Positions 22,061 to 33,600 of a stretch of DNA of 64,000 nt are shown in pieces. Position 1 is the stretch's first letter, and each line of letters begins with the position of its first letter. Under the pieces are notes generated by a model. That model ran no database searches. It had not been told where the DNA came from and saw only the letters and a list, made by a program, of their open reading frames with translations. The position numbers and the translations under genes were made by a program. Location: contig NW_024704743.1 in assembly GCF_018977255.1 (NCBI RefSeq), forward strand, positions 98,892,001 through 98,956,000, written 5' to 3'. The stretch is from Callorhinchus milii. Lineage: Eukaryota.

Positions 22061-25000
22061 GGAAATTCTGTCAAGCACCTTTGTTGCAATGAGGGAAAGT
22101 ATCATTAGTGGATAAGGTATTTGCTGAACAGTATGAATAACATTGTACAAATGATTAACATTGGCAGAGTATCTTGTTAGACAAATTCCATTTCCTGGCT
22201 GAATCAATTAAGGAATCAGGTCATAGAGACATAAAGTTAAATCTTTAGTTTAAAAACTTAAGAGTTGGAAATCAGATGAGATATCATATTGGAGTGTAGG
22301 TTGTTGTTTTTGTCAGAATAGATGATATGGTACGGTTTAGTCACATTTATCAGAGCTACAGAACTAAATTTAATAATAAACCTTGCATTTGATATAGCAT
22401 CTTATCACATATTTGAGACATCTCAAAGCACTGCACAGAGTATACCAGAAAGTGAATTTACTGCATACTTTGTGGGCGAAACAAAATGGGGTATGGTAGC
22501 CCATGCTCCAGTCTCCCTGTAGTAACCTGCCAAAGTAGCCACTATTGTTGTGTGAGCCATGCCAGACAGTGTGGGGAGCATTACAACTGAGCCTGATCTC
22601 ACCTGACATCTAAACGCGCTGAGTTGAGTTTATTTTATGAGCAAAATGCCACAGCCAATTTCACCAATTTACAACATATTATATCTTATTTCAGGTGTCA
22701 GTTGTGTAACAGCCCAACATTGCTTATGTAGAAGAGCTGTCATATTCTTGTACTAATAAGATAGTTGATATTCCAGTTATTGAAGTTCAAGTAAAACGGT
22801 CGACTTTGAATACCAATGTGTTTAGAATTTTACTTCGGATCAATGTTTGATGTCTATTGCAAATATAATTTTATTTAACTCTTAACTTTTTTTTCCAAAT
22901 TCATTTTATTGCCTATTTTAAATTCGCTGTCTTTTTAGGGACCTGCAATTGGATGCACTAATCTCCAGATTAAGCAGATTGGCCCGTTCTCTGGCGGTCT
23001 GTATATTGTGTCAAAGAGATGCAAACCAATCTCCTCTCCTTCACTCTTCCCCTCTGGGAAACCACCTGGCTTTTGATCTCTTCATAATAGCAAAGATCAG
23101 ATCATGAACTCGTTGTAGTCATCCATCACATAGATAGGCAAGTGATGCATCAGCGACAGCAATTATGTCTTCTAATTGGGAAGCAGACAAGGACACACCA
23201 GTGATTGATCCACATGTTAACTTTACTGCTCCCTCCCCCTCTGGGATGATTTCAACAGGAGTGAACTGGAATGTTATCTGGTTTAGTAACCCAGCTAACA
23301 AGAGACATAGGTTTTCAGTTTTAGGTGAGTTGGAATCACAATTTTCTGTTGGGGAGTAGGAAGGAGGAGAAGAAGAATCAAAGATTCACTTCAGAGGGGC
23401 CAGGAAACTAATACCCGTCTTATATCTAGGATTCTGGGCCAAACCTACAACACAACAATTTACATTTATTTGGCACCCTATATATTGGGGTAGCATCTCA
23501 GAGATCTGCCCTAATCAACATCTTAAAACATTTCTATCTTTCCTTGTATATGAAACCTAGAATTCCATTTGCCCTTTAATATTCTTTTCTATCTGCACTC
23601 ACATTTACAAAGATATACTGTATTTCTATGTGCTGCACTTGAAACCCTAGATTCAAACCATTTGAATGGTTTGAAACCATTTCCCTTTTCTTTCCCTTAC
23701 TTGGTTCTCTTGTACTACAGTACATATCACCCCCAGCCTGTTCTACACACCACCCCCATGCTATACTGCACACCATTATCAGCCCCCACCACACAACAAG
23801 ATTTTATTTATAGAGCACCTTTCACGTCCGGAGGACGTCCCAAGGAGCTGGACAGTTGGGTCAGGACCCAAGCAGGGGGGAAATGGTCAGGGTGAGGGAA
23901 GGGAGGGAGCGAGGAGGGGGTAGAGAGTCGAGCATCTCAACAGCATCTCCAGCCTGTATTGCACACCATCTCCAGTCTGGCCTACACATGATCCCTCAAC
24001 CTGTAATGTCTGATACCCCCACCTTATTAGGCGCAACTCCCAGCCCTGAACCTTGGTCATTTTCAATCTATGACTGTTTGTGGGACATTGCTGTGCGCAA
24101 TTGGCTGCCGCGTTCGCCCACAAATATACAGTCAATTCACTTTACAGTGTGTTCTGTGAAGCGCTTTGGGACGTCTAGAAGACGTGAAAAGCGCTATATC
24201 AAATGCAAGGATTATTATTATAAACCATGTTCAACCCCCATCATCACACTAGTTCCCACCCTGTATTGGGCATCATTCTCAGCCTGATGTAAAGGAAGTG
24301 CTTGTAATGATGTCAGTAAAAACGGTGCCCTACTAACCCCTTATCAACCTTCCCGCTCCCTCCACTCAGCAGACTCTGGCCTGCTCCACATCCCCCATTG
24401 GTGGTCGGCCTTTCTGGCCCTACCATTTGGAACTCCATCCCACATTCCCTTCGCCTCCTTCAAGGCACGTGTCAAAACCCTCCTCTTCAACCGTGTCTTT
24501 GGCCACCCTCCCTGCCCTCCACCCTCCCTGATCTCAAGCCCCTGCTCGCTCGGGTCCAAATCCCTGACTGTCCAGCACTTGGGACATCCTCCCAATGAGA
24601 AAGGCGCTTTACAAATGTAATTTTATATTTTGTATTGTAAAACCTTGATCAGAAAACTGTAAAATGGAGGGCCATTTTCTAACTGACCTAACATTTGCAA
24701 GAAAGTTTGAAAAGAAGTTAAAAGGCAGGAATTTCAAATCCAAGGTGTGAAACTGAGGAGAGATGTAGGTAATTTCACTCTTATATTTTTCCCCAAATAC
24801 TTGTTCTTTGGTTGTGATGCTTGTAAAGGCTCCCTCTAGTGTCAGATATGTTATCTGCCGTTAACGCTGAGAAACTAATAAACATCTTAGGATTCGCTCA
24901 GTTCTCTCAGTCATTTTTATCATTGCTTTCATTACTGATAATAATCCTTGCATTTGATATAGCACCTATAATACAGAAGCACCTCAAAGAACTTCATAGG

Positions 25001-27699
25001 TGATTGTTGTAAAGTGAGGTAACTGTTTCTGTCTCCTGACCAATCAATAATTCGCCAGATAATGTGGGTCACTTACTTCATAGCTGTTTATGGGATGCTG
25101 CCATGTGCAAATTGGCTGTCGTATTTGTCTACAAAATACGCATCCACTACACTTTTCAATAAATCCTGTGAAGCACTTTGAGACATCCTTCTGTTGTGAA
25201 AGGTGCTATATCAAATGCCAGGATTATCATTATTATTTGTAGGCAAAAGCAGCAAGAAATGTGTGCTATACCAAACACAAAGTTCATTATTATAATAATA
25301 TTGCAACAGTGAAAACCCCTCTCCTCCTCCTTACAATTTATAATTTGTCCCTTGTAAGTGGAAGAAAGTTAATAAGTTAAATACCCTTCCTGGGTTACTA
25401 TATTTTAAGTCTTAGTTTCTAATTATTCTTCATTGTATAGTTTCCTTATTTACCATTTGAGAAAGAGAAAAGTCCAAATTTATAAAAGTCTAATGTGTAA
25501 ATTTGTAAACTGTTTTCTGTGGAGCTTTGTAACAGCAGTGAAAAACTGCTGGACCCCACATTTTCCAAAATCCTTAAATTTGAAAACAATGATTGTAAGG
25601 CTCAAACCAGGAGGAATCTGGGGCCATGATTCGCTATCCAGTAAAGAAGTGAACACAACAACAACAAAACAACAAAATTACATTTATATAGCAGGCTTAA
25701 GTTGCAAAGGGTCGATTCAGAACAGATGGTGGGAAATATTTATTTACCTGGAGGGGAATTAACCACTGAAACAGATTACCAGGAGGAGTGGTTGGGGGGT
25801 GTAACATTGGACTAAAATGTAAAAACACCTTTTTGCTGAATTGGGAGGGAGGATGGTAGGGTGGGTATTCTGGAAGGATGAAATCATTATATGAAACACC
25901 GGGCTGACCCAAGAGAAATGAGGTCAAATGGGCCTTCTTCATCAGAACCGGTTTGCCATCGGAGTGAATTAGAGTTGAAAAAACAGATACCTGATCCCGC
26001 ATAAAAATAAAGTGACGCAATGTCAAGTTGCAAGACCAGCTCTTTTAAAAAGCATTTAAAGAGGTTCATGTGAAGTCCAACTCCAAGGAGCTGGGCCCAG
26101 ACCTGGTAAACTCATTTGTTGGTGGCCTCTCACAATCCCAATGAGAGGAGGAATTTCTCCAGTCTAGAACAGATACAAATTCCGTGTCCCAGAGGTGCGA
26201 ACACTTCAGTTCTACCCTTGAGCCATAAATGTCTCTCGCAGAAGGGCAAACTCCTTGAGGAAACCGGGATGAATGGACGTGGCTATAAATCCTCCGTTAT
26301 CCAACCCCAGACACGGAGCCACGGTGTCTTGACGCTTGCGGAGGCAGAAGTATGTCCCTGAAGGAGGCTGACAATGAACAATCTCATGTTAAAACAATTC
26401 ATCTTGAAATCTTGTGTGTGTGTGTGTGTGTGGGGGGGGGGAGGGGGGAGATTGAGGTCTAACTGATGGATTCAGCGAAGAAGCTCGACACGGGAACACA
26501 AAACTCTGAATTAAAACAGCTGCATTCACAACGACTCGTCCTTTTGCATCTGAAAGCCCCGCAAACCCGTACCGGGGCCGAGGTTTTCCTTTGCACAGAA
26601 AAGTTTGGGAGCATTCTGCCCCCAGAAACAGGAGAGGGGGGGAATCACGGGGGCCGAGGCCAACCTTTACCCTCTTGCACCTCCCGGAGCCTGAATGCAA
26701 AGACAGAAATAATAATAATAATAATAATAATAATCCTTGCATTTGATATAGCGCTTTTCACGTCGGGAGTACGTCCCAAAGCGCTTCACAGAACACACTG
26801 CAAAGCGAATTGACTGTATATTTGTGGGCGAATGTTTGCAAATGTTTGCAGCTCCGAAACGGGTTAACGTTTCGAGTCCACAACCCCTCCTTTTTTTTTT
26901 TACCGGAACACAGATCCCCCCTTTCAGACGACAGGAGATATATTTTTTTTGCAGCGTTTCAGCTGTCGCTTCTTCGGAGCTCTGCGGCATTCAACAGCAA
27001 CACCTTCGCTTTGCATCCGTTCCTCCCAGTGAGACCGGTTGGGGAAAGAGTTCCCCGTCCCTGACCGGGTGGGGGTGGGGGGGCAATTTTTTTTATTGCT
27101 TCCCGACCTTTTCCTTTGTGGGAACGGGGTGCAATGCAATGCAATGCAAAACGAACCCCCCCCCACGGTTGCGCCGCCAACAGTTAAATACGAATTAAAT
27201 TAACATTTTTTTTAAAATTAAATTAAAAAGGGACAATCAAATGAGCCCATAGAGAGAGAGAGACAGAGACACACACACACACACACACACGCGGACAGAC
27301 ACCGCCCTCCCGCCCCCGTTGCCTTCCGCAGAGGGCGGTCGATACCCGCTCCGGACTCGCAGTGGAGCTGCAGCTCCGCTCCGCTCCGCCCCGCGGGGGT
27401 CCCCCTCTGGCGCCGCCTGACGTAACCTTCCGGAGTGGGGGCGGAGGGCGCTGGAGGGGGGCGGGTTGAGGGGGTGGGGACCGTGTCCCGGTTCCCGCTG
27501 CCCCCCCACCCCCCCACCCCTCACGCTCGCTTTCGCCGGTTGCGGGGACACCGCCCGCGGCGGCTGAGCTGCGCGAGGCGCTCGAGCAAAGGGTGGGTGT
27601 GTGTGTGGTGTGGGGGTGGGGGTGTGTGGGGGGGTTCCCGGGGCGCCGCTCCCTCCCTCCCTCTCTCCCCCTCCCTCCCCCTGTGGGTGGGTGGAGAAT

Positions 27700-28070
27700 G
27701 CTGCAGCCCAGGAGGTGAGGTCGTGTCACACCGCTCAGCTCCGCGCCGTGACTCTGACCGCCCGCCCGCCCCTCCCTCCCTCCCTCCGCCCCTCCGTCCG
27801 TCTGTGCAGCAGCTCCGGAGGCAGCGCTCAGTCACTCACTCACTCACTCACTCGCTCAGACCCGAGACCTCGATGGTGCAGTAAAGGCGAGTCAAGGCGG
27901 CGAATCCAGAGCACGTTACCCCCCCCCCCCCCCCACCCCGGGTTTCTCCCCCCCTCCACCGCAGGGAAAGGGGAGAAGGAACCGCATCGCATCGCCCCCC
28001 ACCCCCTCCCTCCCTCCTCCTCCCCCACTCCCGCACACCCCCCACCCACACCCCGGAGCGGGAGCAAAAT
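27700..28070 (+). other. GREB1L: Putative non-coding first exon (probably GREB1L 5' UTR); start approximate
   Basis: GC-rich segment downstream of the GC boxes ending ggagcaaaat|GTAAGT at 28070/28071. No GREB1L coding sequence (MGNSYAGQLK...) was found in the window, consistent with a long first intron. Identity is by synteny only. Confidence 0.5.
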
Positions 28071-28151
28071 GTAAGTTTTGGTGCATTTAATTCCGCGGCT
28101 GCTCTCTCTGTGTGTGTCTGTCTGTCTGTGTTTTGATGTGGCCACACGCCG

Positions 28152-28700
28152 GCAGGGCACTGGGCACTGGGGAGGGCAGGGCACTGGGCAGGGGAGGGCT
28201 GGGCACTGGGCAGGGCACTGGGCAGGGGAGGGGACTGGGGAGGGCAGGGCACTGGGGAGGGCAGGGCACTGGGCAGGGGAGGGCACTGGGGAGGGCAGGG
28301 CACTGGGCAGGGGAGGGCACTGGGCAGGGGAGGGCACTGGGCAGGGGAGGGGAGGGCACTGGGGAGGGCAGGGCACTGGGCAGGGGAGGGCAGGGCACTG
28401 GGGAGGGCAGGGCACTGGGCACTGGGGAGGGCAGGGCACTCGGCACTGGGGAGGGCAGGGCACTGGGCAGGGGAGGGCACTGGGCAGGGGAGGGCTGGGC
28501 GCTGGGGAGGGCACTGGGCACGGCGTTGGGCAGGGGAGGGCACGGGGCAGGGGAGGGCTGGGCACTGGGCAGGGGAGGGCTGGGCGCTGGGCAGGGGAGG
28601 GCTGGGCACTGGGCAGGGGAGGGCTGGGCGCTGGGCAGGGGAGGGCACGGGGCAGGGAAGGGGAGGGCACGGGGCAGGGCAGGGCACTGGGCAGTGGGGG
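28152..28700 (+). repeat. G-rich minisatellite built from GGGCACT / GGGCAG / GGGGA units
   Basis: Directly visible degenerate tandem array such as (GGGCACTGGGCAGGGGA)n and (GGGCACTGGGGAGGGCAG)n; it explains the Pro/Cys- and Gly-rich pseudo-ORFs. Confidence 0.95.
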
Positions 28701-30042
28701 GGGGACGGGGGCTTTTGATCACGCTGCGATCCCGGTGATGTCCTATCTCTCGCTCCGCTACGTTGGTATCCAGAGCGATCGATGGTAATTATTCGTTTTC
28801 CCCCTTAATTTCTTTTGTGTTCAGACTTCGGGTGCAATCCAACCCACAGTAACGGGGTGTGTGGGGGTGTGTGTGTGTGTGTGGGGGGGGGTGGTCTGCC
28901 CGGTGGTGTCATTTTCCTGCTGCCCTTCTTTGTATGAGGAATAAAACGACGATTTAATTTGTGATGTGGCATTTACTGTGGTTTGATCTCTCCCCCCACC
29001 CCCCCCCCTCTCTCGCTGGTCATTTGGATGCAAAACTGTAGAGGACGATTGCAAAAGTGTATTCAGTTGCGGGTCCGTTTGCTTTGCAAATTTTATTTCT
29101 GTTTCATATGGCGTTTGCCAAGTGATTCACGTTGCGATCGATCCCCACCGTTGTGGCACTTGGAAAGGGAGGGAGGGAGAGAGCGAGGGAGGGAGGGAGG
29201 GAGGGAGGGCGACACCAACTATATTTTGAATAAATATCTCTTTGACTCCCAGCTCGTCCTTTTGCAAACAGACCGCTTATTTGGAGAACTTAATACGTTA
29301 GTGATTTTGAATTGCAAAACCGTGCACTCCACATGGAAATTTAAAGGCAACTGGTTCGACATTTCAGGAAACCTTCACAAGCTCGTGCCACAGACACCAT
29401 TTGAATTTTATATAATATATACACATATATATATATATTTACAAAACATAAAAACCAAACGCTCGTTCCAATTTGCGCGCCTGTGACCCGTCCACAGCCC
29501 AAATCGGTGCAAAGATCCTTCCAACCGAACCCCGGTTTGCAGTGCAACGCAGCGACTGCACAAGTCGCGACTCTTTCGGTGCAAAAGGGCCTTTTGAGTT
29601 CGAGAGAGAGAGAGAGAGAAAAAAAAGCGAAACGAAAAACACTTTTAAAGAGCGCGGCTCAGCCGATCGGAATTTGGTGATATTTTCAGGTCCCAGAGTT
29701 GTTGCGATCGGAATAAAAGATAAAAGTGGTGGTGGTGGGGAGGGGGTGGGGGTTGGGGGGGGGGATGTGTGGCTGATCCTCATGACAAGCCAAACCTTGA
29801 AGGGTTGCATTGGAATAAATCCAATCTGAATTTCAGAGTTTGCAGTGTTACTTTGCACTGTACCTGCACCCCCTCCCTCCCCCCCCTCTCCCTTACACAC
29901 TACTTAACTACTTATCATAAAAATAGTGGCTACTGTAAAGCAGGAAAAACAACCACCCTTTTTAGGTGTGCTCGTTCCTCCTTTCTGGCTGGGTTTGTGG
30001 CGATGGGGGAGTGGAGCTGGAGTTCTGTCAAGTTCTCAGCTG

Positions 30043-30075
<33 letters not shown>

Positions 30076-30134
30076 CCACAGTCTTGCATAACAGTCTGCC
30101 CTCTCGCCCTGGTGTGGGCAAATGGCGAGGGAGG

Positions 30135-30166
<32 letters not shown>

Positions 30167-30527
30167 AAGAGAGGAAAGATGAGAGGGAGAGGAAAAGAGA
30201 GATTGAAGAAAGCAAAGAGGGGGTGAGAGAGAGAGAGAGAGGGAGGGAGGGAGGGAGGGGTGAGAGAGAAAGGGAGGATTGTGGACCCTGCAGAAGGAAG
30301 GAAGCTGCCCTGAGAGCAGCTCAGTTGCACCCTGTGCTGGAGAGGAGGTGGAGGGGGTAATATAGGGGTAATTGTTGGCAGAGATGGTGAGAAGCTCAGA
30401 GTGAGCCCCTACCCCTGTGCGCCTGTGTAGTCACCACCACCACCAGCTGCTGGTCTGGTCTGGGCTGAGCTGAGCAGCGCTGGGAACACAAAGCGGTGCT
30501 CTGAGCACTGATTGATGAGGTGCGAGG

Positions 30528-30610
30528 CTGCTGCTGCTGCTGCTGCTGCCTGCTGCCTGCCCTGCCTGCCCTGCCCTGCCCTGCCTGCCTGCCCTGCCTG
30601 CCTGCCTGCT
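30528..30610 (+). repeat. (CTG)7 followed by a (CCTG/CCCTG)n compound microsatellite
   Basis: Directly visible. Confidence 0.95.
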
Positions 30611-33600
30611 GGTGGATTTCTGGCAAGATCGGTGCATCGGAACTGAGCCGGATTCTGGGGTCCTTGGGGTGGGGAAGGGGGGAGAAGCAATCACTATCCT
30701 TTGCAAAGCGTAAATACATTCTCCCCCCCCACCCCACCCCACCCCCCCCCGAACCAGAGGCTCTCTACACTTTAACCAGTCTCTGCAGTAACCCCCTCTG
30801 CGACTGTTTTCCCCCTCCTCTCGTGATTGCCTGTGACTCGGGTTTGTGCGCCTTTCACCACCATCAGGAATTTTGTACAAACAAAATGGACTTAAGACAG
30901 TGAGAGAGGGAGAGCACTGGGCAGTGGTTCCGAGTGCCAACAGATTGCAAGTCCACAGGTGCCCACAAAATACACTCCACAGTAAATCCTGTGACTTGAG
31001 ATGTGAAAAGGCGTTAAATCAAATGCAAGGAATATTATTTTGAAGTCATACCCTTGAGATTCCCCAGAAACGCAGCCAGAGCAATGCCGGCCATCCCTAG
31101 TGTGGACAATCAGTGTTGCTGGAATACAGTATTGGGTTTGCTGACCTCTACTGCCCTCATATTTCCATTGCCAACAGTCTCCTTACATTTTTTTTACCAT
31201 GAAACTAAACTGCCTTATAACTACCTCAGCCACCCTTGAGCCTAAACACCATTATCAGATTGGCCTCCTTCTGCGCTGAACGTTTTTCTATGTTAACTTT
31301 CAAACAGGTACTTCCAGGAGATGAATTAAGCCTGTCTGTTATCTGCACCTACTATTGTGAGTCCTGACCAATAACTTGTTTACTGCTCTTGTGCATGTGA
31401 TCCACTGCCAAGGAAAGCACGTTTTAAAGTAAAAAAACAACTGTTGGATGCTGTAATATCACCTGCATCTTAATAACTGGATGGATGTCTGCTCTTTCAA
31501 CTTATCAAAAGTGCAAACAAACTGTGAAAATAGTGTCTGTACTATATTTTACAGTTTAAAATTGGAGTCAATGTATCCTGTGTTTTTTTTGCCCCTTTAC
31601 CCTTTCGCTCCTCCGTGTCTTCAGCTGTTATTTTACTAACTGTCTTGACAGTTTACATGACGGGGTGGGGCACTGAGTTATTAAGTTTTCTTTTTGTCCA
31701 GCGATTACCTCCCCTATATAAAAAAATGCTTATGGAGGTAGGACTATACCAAACCTCATAGTAGGAGTGATGGAGCTCCATTCAAAAAAGAGCCTATCAT
31801 TTTAGTAAGGCCTTATCACTCCAGCAGTGATTATCAGGATCGCTCCATCGCCATACTGTTTCCTTGCTTTCTCTAACTGAAGAAAAGGAAAAAAATAAAA
31901 AATAAACCTTGGCAAACTCTGGGCTGTTCAGCAACTTGGGAGGTCTTCCTGACATGAAAGGTGTTCTAGAAATGCTGTTGTTAAATTAAAACATTACCTG
32001 CGAGAAGTGTGTTGGTTGTGGTTTGTTGCTATTTTAAAAGTAAATTATTGAAAATAATAATCCTTGCGTTTGATATAGTGCTTTATTATGTCTTCGAGAC
32101 ATCTCAAAGCGCTTCACAAAATATACTGTAAAGTGAATTGACTGTATATTTCGTGGATAAAATGAACAGATGCAGATGATTGTGTGTTTGCAGATATATC
32201 ATGAGAATTGTAATATTATCAAGGAACGATTGAACAAACTTGGAAGACTCCTTGTCCATTCCTCTTTAGAAAAGAGCAAATTAGAAAGTTTAGTTTTGGA
32301 AAAGAATGCAAACTTGCAAGCTTATTTTAGTATTTTTTTAAAGAACACTTTAGTTAACCGAGCATGTTTAATGTGAACATGAGGCCTACTTCATGTTATG
32401 TCTGCTAATTTTGGATTTTGTGCATTTGCAGTAAATGTTGATGTGTATTTCGTGGGTCAATTACTTACTGAGTTTGTCTACATTTACTTTACAGTAAATC
32501 CTGTGAAGTGTTTTAAGATGTTTCAATGAAGTGATAACGAGCTGTATGAAATTGAAAGGGTATCAATAATGTTGTCTAGCATAAAAACATCTATGCATTT
32601 CACCAAAGCAAGACACTTGGTTCAGCTTGACCTAAATATATCATGTGAATCTCCTCTGCCGAAAAAAATACTGGATATATATTAGCATGCCAGCTTAAGA
32701 GATGAACTTAATTGGTGCCGGCTGTAGGTCTAAATCCTGAAAGTTAGCATTCAGTTACGATGACCCTAGAAGCAACTAAATCCAGAGATCTTGTAGGGGC
32801 TGAAGTGTAACTGTTGCTTTCGATCTTGGCTCAAAGTCAGTTGTGAAATGACCCTTTGAAAACTGCAGTAGTGATGAAGTACTTTGAGACATCCTCCTGA
32901 TGTGAAAGGAGCTATATAAATGTAAATTGTATTGTATTACACAACAAATCATCGGTTATGATTGAGGATTTCTCTTAACCCTGCAATTTACAGGATTAGA
33001 ATGAGGCTAATTTTAGAATCTTTTTCAAAAAGCACGAAATCTGTGCAAAAATTTAAATTTCAGAAGGTGGAGGATTAAAATAGGTCACAAAAAGTTTTTT
33101 GAGCTGATTTGAACTCGATCTTTCATAAACAAAAGGGATACGATTATAATTGGAGCTATATTGTAAGATAGCTCGCTGATTTCTTCAAGTTATATGGTTT
33201 ATTGACCTGTACAGCAAATTGTTGAATGTCCGTCGCAAATGTCATAATTGACTGTCTTGAATATTACAGACATCACTTTCATTTTCCAGTTATAATGGCA
33301 TGAACTTTGTGAGAGGATCATATATTTAAAATGTACACGATACGGTGGCTTGAAATGATCAAGCAGCAGTGTCTGAGGTAATTATTCTTAGTTTAGGTAA
33401 AGTTAGAAACTATCTTTGGAGAGAGATGTTAGTTCTTACTCAAGTTGGGCTTCACAACAACTTAATGCATATGCATTAGCAGACGTTTTGAATTCTCTCC
33501 TCACTCTGGTAGCTGTCAGCCAAAGGACCCTGAAATGTCTAAATTCAAGACTTAATTAAGTCTTGACTTCCGGACAGAAGGATGTGACGCTTTGAATGTA

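Larger units (their letters stand above)
26850..30850 (+). promoter_or_regulatory. Large CpG island, probable GREB1L promoter and first-exon region
   Basis: CpG-rich and largely TE-free. TGACGTAA plus CTTCCGG (CRE/ETS-like) at about 27418-27434, GC boxes at about 27437-27465. Gene identity is inferred only from conserved head-to-head ROCK1-GREB1L synteny. Confidence 0.75.

Noticed and set aside
27840..28788. Five 200-280 aa ORFs rich in Pro/Cys/Ser or Gly/Arg
   Set aside because: They are translations of the stop-free G-rich minisatellite in multiple frames on both strands, with no sign of a real protein.
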